In this document: piece by piece, positions 11,701-24,853 of the stretch
Layout of the letters: the number at the start of each line of letters is the position of its first letter
How positions within the stretch are numbered: the stretch's first letter is position 1
Source: Takakia lepidozioides
Lineage: Eukaryota; Plantae; Bryophyta
Assembly (NCBI GenBank): GCA_030704615.1
Contig: CM060731.1
Coordinates: forward strand, 61,504,001-61,568,000
Length of the DNA stretch: 64,000 nucleotides
Direction: 5' to 3'
Made by a program: the position numbers and the translations under genes
Notes under the pieces: model-generated
The model's database searches: none
What the model saw: only the letters and a program-made list of their open reading frames with translations
Told to the model about the DNA's origin: nothing

Positions 11701-14122
11701 CACACTTGCTATGTCTGGAATTGGTTGTAGGAATTGGTTGTAGGGCATATATCTTTGATTATTAAGGTTTAGATTTGTTCCCCTGGAGGTGGGAGTCAAC
11801 ATTTTACCCACGTGATGCCTTAATTCTTCTACTCCAGGTTGGTATTTGAGACAGGTCGTACCTACTAGATGTACTAGAACACAAAGTTGTGGAGTGTTTG
11901 TTTTGCTATATGAGTATTTGAATGTACTTGCGTTGGGTGTTGGGTGGGGGAGAAGATCTTTGTTATAGTGGAAGCAGGGTCACAGGCCAGTATCTAGAAC
12001 AGGCTAGGGGTGATCCTGTAGATCGTGTAGGGTGAGCTGGCTGTGATCATGCATAAAAGTCTAGATTCCGTTGCATCCAAGTCAGACGGTGAGATGACTG
12101 AGGCGACCAGAAGCTGCAAGAGCTAGGGAATTTCTCGGAATCTCCCTTGCATGTTGGGCACAATTTGCTAGTTAGTGCTGTATAATGTGCCTGCACATTT
12201 GAGTAAGATCTTCTCCAGGTTAGTAGTCAAGGATATGGAGCTCCCCTGACTTAAATACTGCAAATAGTAAGGTGCTATGGTTTGGAGGGCACAGGTATTC
12301 GAGTGGGTTGGACGCGAGGCCCTACTTCAGTCACCAACCATCAATGTGACTGGACTCAGCGATATGTGTTTGGAACTCAGCCTAGGGCCTGCAACCACCC
12401 TCACGCTTCACCTTGCAGATCTTGGTACTCCCCCTAGTGTCCAGAATCAAGATGGTGGTCCCAAGAATCCATGGGCCATTAAACGATCACAGTACCGCAA
12501 GTGGAGACTGCCACAGAATGAGGCAAGTCTGGGAATTTGCTTACAACAGGCTTTCCAGCAACTCACGATTGCAAGGCTTGATGGTGTGGTGTCAAAGGCC
12601 GCCGAAAAGCCGAGGGAGGGTGGTGATGCAGGAGGAGGTGTGAAACCCTCATCTGCCATCATGCGTCAGGGTGGTGATACTGGAGGGGTTGTTAAATACC
12701 TGTCCACCATCATGAGGCACCGCGTATCGCGTGCTAAGGTTTTCTGGGAACTCGAAAGGCAGGTTGGTAGTCTGTCCTCTTGCAATGCTTTTCAATGTGG
12801 TGGGAGTAATTGCCATGTGCCAAATCTGTAGGTTTTCACACAGATTGCCTAGTGAGTAATGTACTGTATCGCCACCACTTAGGTCTTGTCTCCAAGTTTT
12901 ACGTAGGCTGATGGTCTTCCTGTGCGCAGTCATCTCAGCTGCACAGGAGAGTCACTAGGTGAATTGGTCACCAAAGAACTGGGTAGATGGATGATCACCC
13001 CTTTGGGATGATGAGGGAATCCATGCCTAGCTCGTAGCAGGATGCGGGGTGTCTGAGCAATTGCAGTCATATGCCCAGTAAAATGTAAAATGCTCAAAGG
13101 TGCCCGCAGTATAAACACTACAGTCACTGGCTCCTGTTGAGGAAGGTGCTCATAAAATCCAGGTTAGCCAACACACAAATACTGCAGCATCACCGATCTT
13201 GTACGTTAAGTTCATACACTGACCTCATGAGCAGGTCTAGGTACCTAGATTGACTTGGATCAGATGTTTGTGTAAATGTAGGTGTGTAATTTGATGCAGT
13301 TCTCAGTGTGGATATTGTGAAATATCAGAGCATTCACAAGACGCTTGTATTCTGGGTAGGTACATGGAGTTCCACATCTACATCTACTACTTCACCCCAC
13401 TTGGCACCCTCAGGTGTCTGCATGGGATCTGTGGCTGGACATTCCACAGACAACAGTCGGGGACAAGTGGCAGTGCAGCATTGTGCTCCGAGAGGATGTG
13501 CTATCTATCGTGGGACTGCCAGCGGCCAAGGGCTGTAAGCAGGCCCTACCCTTCACCTGCACCTTGGCAGAGCTTGCACCCTTCCTTTTGTACCAGGTGG
13601 GTGCCGCCTTCCTTCTGTGTAGTATCCTGTGTACTTGATGCACTGTGATGTGAGTGTAAACAATTCTATGTGGAGCCCCGGCTGCGAAATACATGGCGGT
13701 GAGCAAGTTGTCCTAGGACATGGGCTGACAAACATTGCTTACCTTCCATCCTTGGAATGGAGAGTCATTAATGGAGAGATGTCGGAATGCAGGTGGCTGC
13801 ACAGTTGGTGTCTTGGTTGCATGCTGAGGCTGCATCCATGGGCATGGCAGTTTGTCATGATTTGCTGTGCGTCACTTTTGAGTCAGAGAGTTATGAAGAT
13901 ATATCCCTCTGTGCTTGCCCAGATGTCAAAGCATACTCCATAAATTGGTTGTTGAGAACTTCAGTGGGTGGGGTAGAGGAGCTTGAGGATTCCCAGTGCT
14001 TTTTAGGACCATTGTCAGTACAGGTTCTCAAAAATATGCTTGTCGAGCTTTTGAGTGATGCAAGTAATAATCTCTCATGGCACACACAGCTGAATTGGAA
14101 TACTCTGAACCCCTCTTTGTAA
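8766..14122 (+). CDS. MED17: Mediator of RNA polymerase II transcription subunit 17
   Basis: Exons 8766-8854 (LDPLPLKRV..EEAGTEHLPP), 9078-9282 (RIDF..WQWQVLVDHLQQADQELAIVLDLI), 9835-9948, 10819-10904 (GKYLKRSAQALERQVEREAVFYGAL), 11132-11516 (LQRNWKVKRQR..AIFDEQ), 12295-12762, 13360-13596, 13793-14122. All junctions GT-AG; matches plant MED17 motifs. Confidence 0.92.
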
Positions 14123-14238
14123 TATAATTCAGTTTCTCAACTGCACAAGCACAAGTGATTGTTAATTGAGGTTGTTGCAGATAGCTATATAGTTGTGAAC
14201 AAAAACTAGAATGTTATATTACTAGGTCACATGCTTAA

Positions 14239-16098
14239 CCCCTAAAGGACAAGGGCCAATTTTTACCAAGACCTCAAAAACTGGACCCTGGCCCTCTAAA
14301 ACATTTATATCTTGAGATTTACTAAGGTCCTGTAAAACTAACCCTTGGAATATACTCTCAACTACCCCTGGCCGGGGGATGGGAATGCCTCACTTGTAGG
14401 ACGACCACAAAAATCCGTGTCTAAATCCAACCAGCAGATCCAAAGAATATAATGTCTAAAGTGGTGAAAAAAAAAACATTAAGTAAATAGGGGAAAAAAA
14501 AGTGCTTTCCCATCTGCAAACTGGTTTGACATGACACTCTCCAGAATCTGGTGCCCTGTCATATAAGACACTTTCCTGCAAATTTCATCTTTTTCTGACA
14601 TAATCTCAGGTGGGCTGCTTTGTATGCTAAAAATGGGGGGTCAAATTTGGGATTTTCCTTCGGGCAGGAAAAAGGTTTGCTCAGAAAATTGAGGAAACAT
14701 TTTGAGCCGTTCATTTGGCAAAAAATAGCAATTGTCATTAGCATCATGCAGTGGGTGTCGTAGACATGTGCACCCATTGTCACCCACTGGTGATTTGTAA
14801 TTCGCTTGATATGGTCGAACATGACCCAATTGTTTGACAACTCCCCACTCGTCATCCTGTCGACCAGTTGGACGCCGCTGCCAGGTCCACACGTGGACAT
14901 TTTGAATACGAAACAACGATCTGTCTCAGTCCCTTATCGCTCCGGTGGGAATGTTGTGGGTGAGTATGGCTTTTACGCAAAAACATTTCGGGCCAATCTG
15001 AGTCTCCTACTAGGTCTTTTTACCCCCTGCCCACGAGACTTGCAATTGCACCTATGTGGGCCTATAATTTTTGGACAGTAGCCCTCTCTTGTGGAGGGTT
15101 TTAGGGGGTGCCTCATCCTACCAGTTCCTAAATTGATTAGGCCTCCACCCCTCCCAAGGCATGTCCACCCCCCCCACCCCAGGTTCGGGCCACCCCTATA
15201 TTTATTGGGTTTTGGGGTCACCCACCCCACGCGTTCATGGGCCACCTATGCCGGAAATGTGTCCCGGTTTTCATGACGGGAAAACAAAACTCGCCGGATT
15301 TCACAAAGTGGACGGAAGCATCTCCAAGCAGCTCTCAAGCCATCAATTGAGTCTCCTCCCGCGCTCTCCCACCCCCCCACAACAACAGGTTTGACACCAA
15401 ACCACGCCCGGAGCTACCATCACCATTGATTCCAGCTTGGGGATTAGGCATAGAGCTCTCCGAGGCAGGTAGGCTGCAGGTGCCATTTAGGGGGTAAGTG
15501 ACGCAATAAAGGGTGTTGGGAGACGTGCCACCCTGCCAAGGGGGTGCAAAAACCAAACAAAACTCGCCGGATTTCACAAAGTGGACGGAAGCATCTCCAA
15601 GCAGCTCTCAAGCCATCAATTGAGTCTCCTCCCGCGCTCTCCCACCCCCCCCCACAACAACAGGTTTGACACCAAACCACGCCCGGAGCTACCATCACCA
15701 TTGATTCCAGCTTGGGGATTAGGCATAGAGATCTCCGAGGCAGGTAGGCTGCAGGTGCCATTTAGGGGGTAAGTGACGCAATAAAGGGTGTTGGGAGACG
15801 TGCCACCCTGCCAAGGGGGTGCATGACATTTCACCCTAACCTAACCCTAGTTGCCACATCATCCTCAGGACAAGTTAGATGGTGAAAAGTGGCCTCAAAA
15901 TCATGAGTGTGACAAAATCTGCGCTCTCCATGTGTCAATTGCCAAGTCGTATGACCAATTGAGCAATGCCCCATCATATGTAACTTGATTTTCAATTGAA
16001 TGAGCCTATGTGGGCCCACATCAGGCTTAACCTCAAGGATAACCAGCCTATTTTCTAAACCCAACCGCCCCAAGTTGGGTCGTTTTGACACTTTGGGG
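14239..16098. mobile_element. TTAA-flanked non-autonomous DNA transposon (piggyBac-like termini) carrying a MULE-like transposase fragment
   Basis: TTAA at 14235-14238 then CCCCTAAAGGACA; right end TGACACTTTGGGG then TTAA at 16099-16102 (imperfect TIR). Minus-strand fragment at ~14730-14910 reads GPGSGVQLVDRM..WVMFDHIKR..W.TMGAHVYD..MTIA. Confidence 0.55.
15281..15822. repeat. Near-perfect tandem duplication, 2 x ~273 bp
   Basis: TCGCCGGATTTCACAAAGTGGACGG begins at 15291 and 15564; both copies end in CCCTGCCAAGGGGG(G)TGCA. Confidence 0.95.
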
Positions 16099-16648
16099 TT
16101 AAGTCATTATACTCTCGAAAGTCGGGGTGGGGGTTTTCATTCCACAATAAGTAAATACTTGCCATATCAGCTGTGACTTGTGATTCCACTGGTGTAGAAT
16201 GGAGTACTTCAAGTTAAAAGCATCTTGGTGCCAACCATGAAGCTTAAATGGATTTCTGTTCAGTCTCTTTCCAACAATTGTGGCTTAAAAAACCCACTCA
16301 AGACACAGCAATGTTAACCTTCAAAAGACCTGCACTTGATTTGCTTGAGCATGCAGTTACATCCTCAATACAAAGACCACCAAAACTAAGCCCTGCCTCT
16401 CCAGGAACACTCATTATAGCTTTGGTCAAACTCCACACAATAGTGTGCATTCCCCACAGGTAGCCTAGTGCGCCTCCAGACTAGCTTTGTTGTGTGAAGC
16501 CACGTTGGTAGAAACTCCAAAAAGCTTCCTGCATTCAGAATCCAGTGCTTATGCTTGAAAACAACATAAATAACCCCGTTCATGTACAATCACATTCTTA
16601 CACCTATATTTTATTCACAGAACGTACATAATAAACCAAACTGGAGAA

Positions 16649-19600
16649 CTAGTTGCAATCCAACACTGTAAGAGAACCCATTTGAAGACTGCACCTTGGG
16701 GGTACATCAGCATCTGTGGCCAGGGCCCGTTCAAGTCTTTCCTCAAAAGGTGTTGCATGCCAGCTCACTTTCTGATCCTGAGAACCACCAATCCCATCGT
16801 CTTTGTTAAGCAAAACTGTGCAAAATTTAGAAGGTGCGTCAGAATCCTGGTATTGGCAACAGAGAAGTTAGAGGTTCCTTAGTGCTGCCTGGCTATCCAA
16901 AGGAAACTTACAACATGAAAGCTCTGGCCCAGGAAGGTCATAGAGTTGCAAAAGTCTGTTTTCAAAATACTTCTGAAACTTGACTTTTATTTGGACCTCT
17001 TTTAGCTAAGAATCATCAGTTAAGCAGATGAGTACAAGCCTCATCGTGCCGTTGTACCTCTCTGTACTTATTCGTGGAGTTTGGAATGCCATTGCCATCC
17101 CACCATTGTCGCTTTGAAGAGCATGCAGCTTCCCAATACCCTGCAACTGAACCAAAGATTGGCCTGTCCTCTGGACTGATGTCCAGCAACCTCGTAAAAG
17201 ATGTCTCCCTCTTGAATCCATTTGGAGAGATAAAGACTTCAGGAGCTATTAAAGTTTGTCTTACAGGAGTTTGCCTATCAAGTATGTGACAATCTACTGT
17301 CTCCCCTCCAGTCCGCAAACTTCTGGATGATTTGGAAAAGGCATTCTCCTTCCCACAGCTGTTTGTACCACTTGGAGCAAGGGAAATTTTGGGAGCTGTC
17401 ATATTAAGATCTTGACACTCAGCCATGGCCCTGTCAACATCTTTTGACTCTGCCACAGGCTGCAACTCTTTCTGCACTTCTGTCATTGATACAAAAGACA
17501 TTCTCTCCTTGCGAAAGCTTTCTGTTCCTTCCAGATCTCCATATGTACAAGGTGCATTTGATGATGGCTTTCTGCTTCGACACTCCCTCATGTCACCTTT
17601 TGTCTCTGCTGTACTTTGCAAATTGATGGAATTCTCTTTTTGGACGCCATCCATCCACTTCTCTTCCTTATCTCTTCTTGTCAGGCCTAATCCATAAGAA
17701 TGTCATGAGGATTAAGTGAAACAATTTACGAGATACTTCAGAGAGAAATGATTCTGAGAAATATCGTATTACAAGCAAAATTTTCATCAGGAAAAGGAAG
17801 CAAGTTCTGGGGAAGTAAGCACTTACTGGCACAATCAAGCTGGAAACCCATTAGATGCATGATGTACAAGCAAATCAAATACAGCTAGGAGATTCAGCAG
17901 ATGGTTAATGCTTACCAGAATCTGAGCTTGACTCCCCAGATTTGGTGAAGATTGTATGCTTGTCACTGCTTGAGGCAGTCTTAAGTAGTGAGTTCCAATA
18001 CTGAACTTGGTGCCGTACACAGTAAGAGCCTTCACTATTGTCGGTCGAAGCCTCTTCTTCACTGCTTTGCTTACTCTCTTGTGGCTCCTTGGCTACGTCT
18101 TTCACTTTCACTTCTTCAACATCTCTTTGCTCATCATTATCATGCTTGTGGAGCTTCTCCTTTACCTCATCCCTTTGCCCAACTTTCATCCGCTCATCAT
18201 TCTCAGATACATACCAAGAGAATTTAGCTGGGCGGACAATGCCTTGCTGTACAGGACAGGAGGCGAGGTCTGTTGGCACGGAAATATGCTGCTCTTTCCC
18301 TGGAGAACCTACCCCCAATTGCTCCCCTCTAGAACCTGGTTTGGTGGCATCACCTGTCTTGAATGATGCCTCATTTTTTAAACTCTGAATCTCTTTGATA
18401 CTTTGGATGGCCTCCAGTGCATCCACAAACCAACTACGGTCATTACTGGGATGCAAGTCAATACAATCCTGTGACACAGTCCATCTGGAGCTGTTCTCAA
18501 TGGATGCAAGAACAGGTGGCATAGGGTGAGCCTGCACTTGACCAACTTCATTTCCTGTTGACTTTACTATGAGTGCATGAGTCCCTTCAGATGGACTATG
18601 CCTTGGCCTGCCAAAGTTGATTGCTGCCTCACTGGAGAGACTTAGGGGCTTTGCATTAGCATGATAGGAAACTTGTTCGTGTTCCTGATTCTCCTTCTCA
18701 CCATTTGGGGACTCAAGAGAAATAGACTCAGGAGAATCTGTTAATGATGATAAATCCTTCCCGAAATCGACTTTTCCAGAAAGCTTCCTCCTGGTGTTCT
18801 TTTCTTTTGAGGAGAAAGAAGGGGATGCACATTGTATAAGTCTGATGTCAATGCTGCCCTCCTCTCGAGATGCATGAGTATTGTCCAAGTTTGCATCCGG
18901 ATCTCTTCCTTCAACATCGTGTGCTGTTTCAATTCCACTCTCTGATTCATCGGATATCTTTGTAACATCTGTTGCCGCACATGCAAAGGGAAGGGAAACC
19001 TCGCTTTTGGTAGGATCAGCAGGGCTATCTATAGCAAGAGAGCTGAGACCGTTCTTTCCAATAATTTGGCCTTCAAAGTCCTGATTTTGGATGATGTGAC
19101 GTGCTGTCTCTTCAAGGCTACGAGGTGTTTCCTGACTGTTACAGAATTGCTTGGTATCACAATGCCCTCCATCCACCACAATATTTGTGGCGTCATTCAT
19201 ACTGCTCTGCCTGCTCCATGAGCCTTCTGTCAAGGCTTCTGGCACAGGTGATAATGGCCTCCGGAAGGCACGAGATCTCAATGCCAGTGAACACCTCCGA
19301 GAGCGAAACAGGTTGCCCATGCTCACACTTGACACACTTGTTGATATCCTGGAGACTTTCTGAAGCGATGAACCTTCTGAAGCATGCAGATCTCGCCGTG
19401 CCTGCTTGAAGGCTGCCACTGCACCTGTGAGTTGGGCGTCCATGTGCTCAGCCATCATGGCATTACTCGGCCCACGAGGGCTCTGGCGAGAATGGAGAGA
19501 CTGAGGACTTCTTGGACGCTTTTCATTGGGCTCCTGAGATGCTGATCTCTTCAGTCTCCTTTTGGCAACCCTTTGGATTTCTTTCACCATTGTGTCAGCT

Positions 19601-21244
19601 GCGGCATTCAGACGTACCCCAGTAGTTCGAGGAGACCTCGCATCATCTTTCACATATTTTGCATTATCTTTAACATTAGTGGAAAAGCTGCTTGGGCATG
19701 GTCCACTTTGCACCTCCACCCACTGCACATCCTCAGATTCACGAGTAGTCATAGGAGCCACAGTGAGGCTGGATGATTTCAGACCTTCCCGTTCATCTCC
19801 ACCCTGAAGACAATTTTTCGTTCAGAAAAAAATCACATTTCGAGAGGTTTGTTAGAAAATTATATCAAGCCTCTAGCCCCTGAATGCTCAGCCGTTAACA
19901 AATCTGTCTTCAAGCATAGCAACCACATTGCCAACAATGCCCTCTACAACTTATATGGACAGACCCACATAATTGAAGTATTCAAGGTTGAAATTCAGGT
20001 GTTACCTGCTGGGATCGGTACTCCTGAGTTCGACACTTTTTTCCAAAACTCGATGATTGAGAGAGCTCCAACAAGAGTTGTGGTGAAGGGACAGTTTCAT
20101 TTCCCCGCAAAAGCAAACTGAGGAAGGACCCACGCTCCTCAGATTTCTTTTGCAAGCCATCTGATTTAGGACTTCTTGAAATCCTTTTTCCATCTGGAGT
20201 CACAACAGCAGTTCTGTGTCGTTCCATATGGTCTGGGCTTTGTGGTCTACTGGTTCGATTATTCTGTCCTCCCTCTGCCCATCTTCTGTGTTGCTTTGAC
20301 AAGGCAGGAGAGAGGCCTTCTTGCTGCAGTGATGTTTTGACACCCTGTGATTCCTGAGCATTCCTAGCAGACCTGTAGAAGAAAACCAAGGCCTCAGCTG
20401 TTCCACCTACATTGGTCCAAGCATGGGAACATGTCCTTCTCTACTTGCATCAGCCAAGTTTTGATAGAACCTGAACTTGATATTTCATTTGAAACTAGAG
20501 CTGACCACAGCTGTAGAAAGAGGGAACCAGTACAATACCTCCTGCCCCAACACTTACCCAGACAATGAGCCCTTGCCCGAAACTGATGACTTATGTGAAG
20601 ATTCCAGCCCAGACAAAGGTCCTGAAAAGTGTTTCCCTAAAACGGAGGCATTTTTCGCTGCTTGTTCTCCAGCTTTTCCCCACGGAGGCTTTGTGATTTT
20701 TGAATATCTCAGAAACGGATTCCAGTCTTCTTCGCCGTTGTCCCCTTCTGAAACAAGTCTGGTTTTCTCAAAGGACTTTCGGCGTGCTTCAAGGATGTCC
20801 TCAGATTTACGCAGGGCACCACATGAGCGCAAGTACGACACCTGGTATTATATGAACTGTTAGTCAATGTATTGGGTGTGTTACAATGTATAAGTTGTGA
20901 ACACCACTCTGCAAGCTAGCATGACCTACAGAGACAGTAGCAGTGATAGGCAGTGAGGATGATGGCAGAAGCCAACCACCAGACCTCTTCTCGAAGCTTC
21001 TTTGCTTCCTCCTCTTCAGCAACCAATTTTAGTCTGAGCACAGCAACCTCCTCTTCAAGTTCATTCACATGCACTTGCAAATTCGTCCCGCATTTCCCAT
21101 CAGAGCCCTTACCAAGTGCATCGATGCTTAAGCACTTGCTGACACCTGTTGGCACCTTGATTACCTCTGCTTGACCTGAGTTGCCACTTAGAGAGACGTT
21201 GGAATGTGCCCCAATTTTGAGGGAACTGTCTCCACATCCATGCC
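16649..21244 (-). CDS. Protein JASON-like, greatly expanded (5' exons unresolved, may extend towards 23.6 kb)
   Basis: C-terminal JASON motif DRPIFGSVAGYW..WWDGNGIPNSTNKYRE|DQKVSWHATPFEERLERAL and N-terminal motif LREE|VSYLRSCGAL (JASON has EAKFLKACGTL). Exons ~21244-20985, 20841-20558, ~20430-20006, 19803-17916, 17686-17058, 16777-16649. Confidence 0.8.
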
Positions 21245-24069
21245 CTGTGAACATATGGACATCAAATATCTTCAAGCAATGCTTCACAGCCACACAGGAT
21301 AGCTTTCAAAGGACAAACTCAGCAGCAAACCACAAGCAAAACCATTGGAAGAGAAGCTGCCATTCGCTTAAACAAGAAAGTGCCACTCTCTTTAGTTTCC
21401 AGCTTGTAACATCATTTCCTATACATGGTAAGTTGACTCCAGTCAAACATCTACGTTCTGACATGCATATGATGTCTTATATCGGAGACTTCGACAAACG
21501 AATCTCCAATTGGCCTTGGCTTGTTCAGCTGAGGTCAAGGCTAACTTCAGGCAAGACTATATACATGATTCTGGATTCTGGCTTATGGCCACCACATCTC
21601 CCTTGCAAACGCAGTTACTTTTCTATGGATCGTTCCTCAATGGCCAAGATGAGCAGTTTGTAAAATCTCCTCGTGGTAGCGACGAACCAGACAAAGATTC
21701 GAAGCGAAAGGAGGGAGGGGGCAGAGGGACGAGGCAATTACCTCCTTTTGGTAATAGTCTTGCTCCCAGCTGCACAGGAAGACCATGAAATCTTAGAGGA
21801 TGTCTCTGGCTGCTTACTCTTCCCTGCCGCGGACGCCATTCAATCAAATAACTAGAGAAGGAATCAAAATCAAGTTCAATCCGTATGAATCTTACCTACA
21901 TCATACAATGCCTCTACCATTCGCTTCGATGCACCCACCACCACTGCATGCGTACATGATGACAGGCACGCAAGGTTGTTGAATCTGTAACCTGTGAATC
22001 TACATGACATTATGATAACTTTACAATCACTTAGCACGTACCCTGCTATTTGGATGTACAGTTCTGTCTGAATAGATGCCCGCTTGGACTGCCTTTCCGC
22101 GCATGCAAGTCCACAGCCACCCCATCACTCCAGTCACAGAAATGCAGACTTCGATTCGCAAATTCCTGTGTCTTCCCCTCCTCGATACTTGGCTTAACTT
22201 ACCTTACAAGGCCCTACCCTTGCATCGGGCGTCGGATTCAAATCTCATGACATGCATACCTAGAACGCCCTCTCAACAGGCAACCTACGTTTCCTTCAAT
22301 CTTCTTCCTTGCTTGCACAACATCAATCTCCGTGCTCGTGGAACAGGTCCTGAGAGAAATGTGTCTCACTTCGGAGTTCGACCGCATGCTGAGTTCCAGT
22401 CTCAGCTCTACAACTTTCATCTTCCTCTGAAATTGGTAACAATTCAACCACAAGAACTCGTATAAATGTCATCTTTGGTAGGAGGGGCCGTCTGAGAGAT
22501 GACAGATTAGACTTCGACGTCCGCATGTCGTCCTTGAAAGGGCCTTCCATCTCACGTCAGGACACTCGGATGTTGCTTCTTCCATGGTCTCGCTCTATTC
22601 ACTGAGTACGTGGGTACAGAGGTTTGTAGACAGCGGAACAAAACTTGTCGATATCGAAGAGACTAGCGTGATGAATTGCGGCTCAACAAAATGTAGTTCA
22701 TTCGTAAATGCACGTGTGATAGATACAGCTGCTGTGAGGAAGTGAGAGCGAGTGCGGCATCTCGAAGACTAAGATTGACTTCAGACTACAGTATTCCAGA
22801 CATGTACTTCCACGGTTCGCTGTCGGAAAGCAAGCCTTAAAATTACACCATCTGTCAACACAGCACTCTTGTTTGGAAAGACAATTGAGATTGAGCCAGA
22901 TAAATGCAAATCAGCTCAAAAGTTCCAGCTTTACCAGTGCCATGAGTCCACAACTACCCCAAGTGTCTCCACTAAATTCGCAGGAACCCCGAAGTTTTCA
23001 TGGATAATAAGCGCACCATATTGCAACGGTGAGACAAGGGAATGTAGTACTGAAGACTGAAGCTCAGATGAACGTCGTTGAATTGCAGAGCTGACAGTGC
23101 ATAAGCGTCACAGGCCTGATTCGACTGCTTACAAGTTTCTTTCACTGTGGAGGATAATAGAAGATCGATGATGTTGTGACTGCCTAATGATATACATGAA
23201 GGCAGCCAGACGGATCCGTCACAGCACGGCCCAAACTAAAGACGGCCATCAATCTAAACGCCAGAATGCACAGTCGCAGAGTGTCCGGATCCGACCTGGC
23301 TGGTAGTCTACACAATGGAGAACCGAACAGCGATCCACAGGACAGTAACACAAATCCGTGTGGCGAAAAATGACGACCTCGCACCAACCCCACGCTCCCA
23401 GCACGAAAAACCAAGCTCTTCTCTCCAAGAACTGTTCGCAAATCCGACAGCCACGCCAGCCCGCCCGTGCCTGGGAAGAAACACCGTTAGAAGCAGGCAG
23501 CCGCATTTAACGCCTGCCCGGAAGTAGCAGCACGGCCGCCATAATAACTCCAAGCGTGCCAACACACCAGCTCTCACCTCATCAGCATCCATGCGGCCCG
23601 TCCCCGAGTCATCACCACTATTACTCCCACTCCCACTCCCAGTCTCCCACTTCCATGCTTCCCATTTCCCGAGCCCCACTGTCCTCCGTGGGCTCCACAC
23701 CCCGTTTGAATGTGGCAAGGTGGGAAACTCATTGATTCAAGGTCCATAAAACCTCCTGAATGAGCGCCGGCTGTGCATCAAGAGGCGATGATTGGGGTTG
23801 AAGGCGCCACGCCTGCCTCATAACGCTGCAGATCTATGTTTACGCTGCCTTCACTCTCCTCGTATCTCTGCCTTCATTGCCCTCTCCTCGACGCACCATT
23901 ATCTTTTTCGAAATATGTAGGATATGGCTCGCTTTCTTTTTATGTGCGCAGAGTAACGTTGGGAGTGTATATATAGAGGCAGCGCGCACAGCTGTGTGAC
24001 GTCCAAATCTGGATCCCTCCACTTTCTGTTTGCTTCGCCAGTGGACAGAAAGGCAGAGAAACATATGAC

Positions 24070-24171
24070 AGGGGTTTGAACCCCGGACCCACAGGCCAAA
24101 GGGGGTTTAAATGCGGGGTTCGGTAGTATGACTGCCTGAGCATTGGCCTTTGCGTCTGGGGTTCAATCCCT
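24070..24171. repeat. Two inverted copies of a short B-box-containing (SINE-like) repeat
   Basis: 24072-24101 is the reverse complement of 24141-24170 at 25/30 positions; each copy has GGTTCAA(T/A)CCC; a third copy lies at ~27832-27863. Confidence 0.5.
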
Positions 24172-24707
24172 TGTGCGGCCTTCCAGCTGGGCTGTGTGCC
24201 TCCATGGCTCAGAAAGGGGATTAATTTCACTCAGCACACTGAGCGGCTGTGGCTTCGGTTTACTTGGGAAAACCCTAAGTTAGAATTAAAAATCGGGGGC
24301 GCCACTGCCTTTACTGTTTAGATGAAGAAATAAATACTGCTGGAAAAAACAATCCACAAGTGCCAAAATTCCACGTACAAGTTGTGAGATTTTTGTCAAC
24401 GTACTTGAATACGACACCTAGGTACTCCACGGCAACTCATCATACTAGGATTTAGTAGTGTATCCACACAATTAATAGTCACATGTACTTCTACATTGTA
24501 TATAGTGATAAATGCTGGAATTGCAGAAATTCCAGAAGTTATGACCAACCACCTTCTTAAGAAATGATTAATCACTCTGGCGGAGGCTCGACGAATACCG
24601 TGGTATATGGTAATTTTATATGTGTTCATATGACGGTTGCAAGGGAGAGAATGTGGTGATTGCCTGCAAGTCCCATACAAACATTTTGAAAGAGAAAGAT
24701 TAATGTA

Positions 24708-24853
24708 CTAGAGAACGCGCCCCCTAGGGCGCATTATGGCTCCTAGTGACTCACTAGGGCGAGGCCGGTAGTTTAGGGTTTAGGGTTTAGGGTAGGCCTC
24801 GCCCTAGTGACTCACTAGGAGCCATAATGCGCCCTAGGGGGCGCGTTCCCTGG
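24708..24853. repeat. Long palindrome with a telomere-repeat loop
   Basis: Arms 24713-24766 and 24795-24848 (54 bp, one mismatch); loop GGTAG(TTTAGGG)3TA. Confidence 0.95.

Noticed and set aside
15832-15850. Telomere-like ACCCTAACCTAACCCTAG (also ~29394-29407)
   Set aside because: Too short and degenerate to distinguish from chance or isolated telo-boxes.
21700-23720. Short minus-strand ORFs as JASON 5' exons or a separate gene
   Set aside because: Could not assemble a phase-consistent exon chain and found no recognisable motif.
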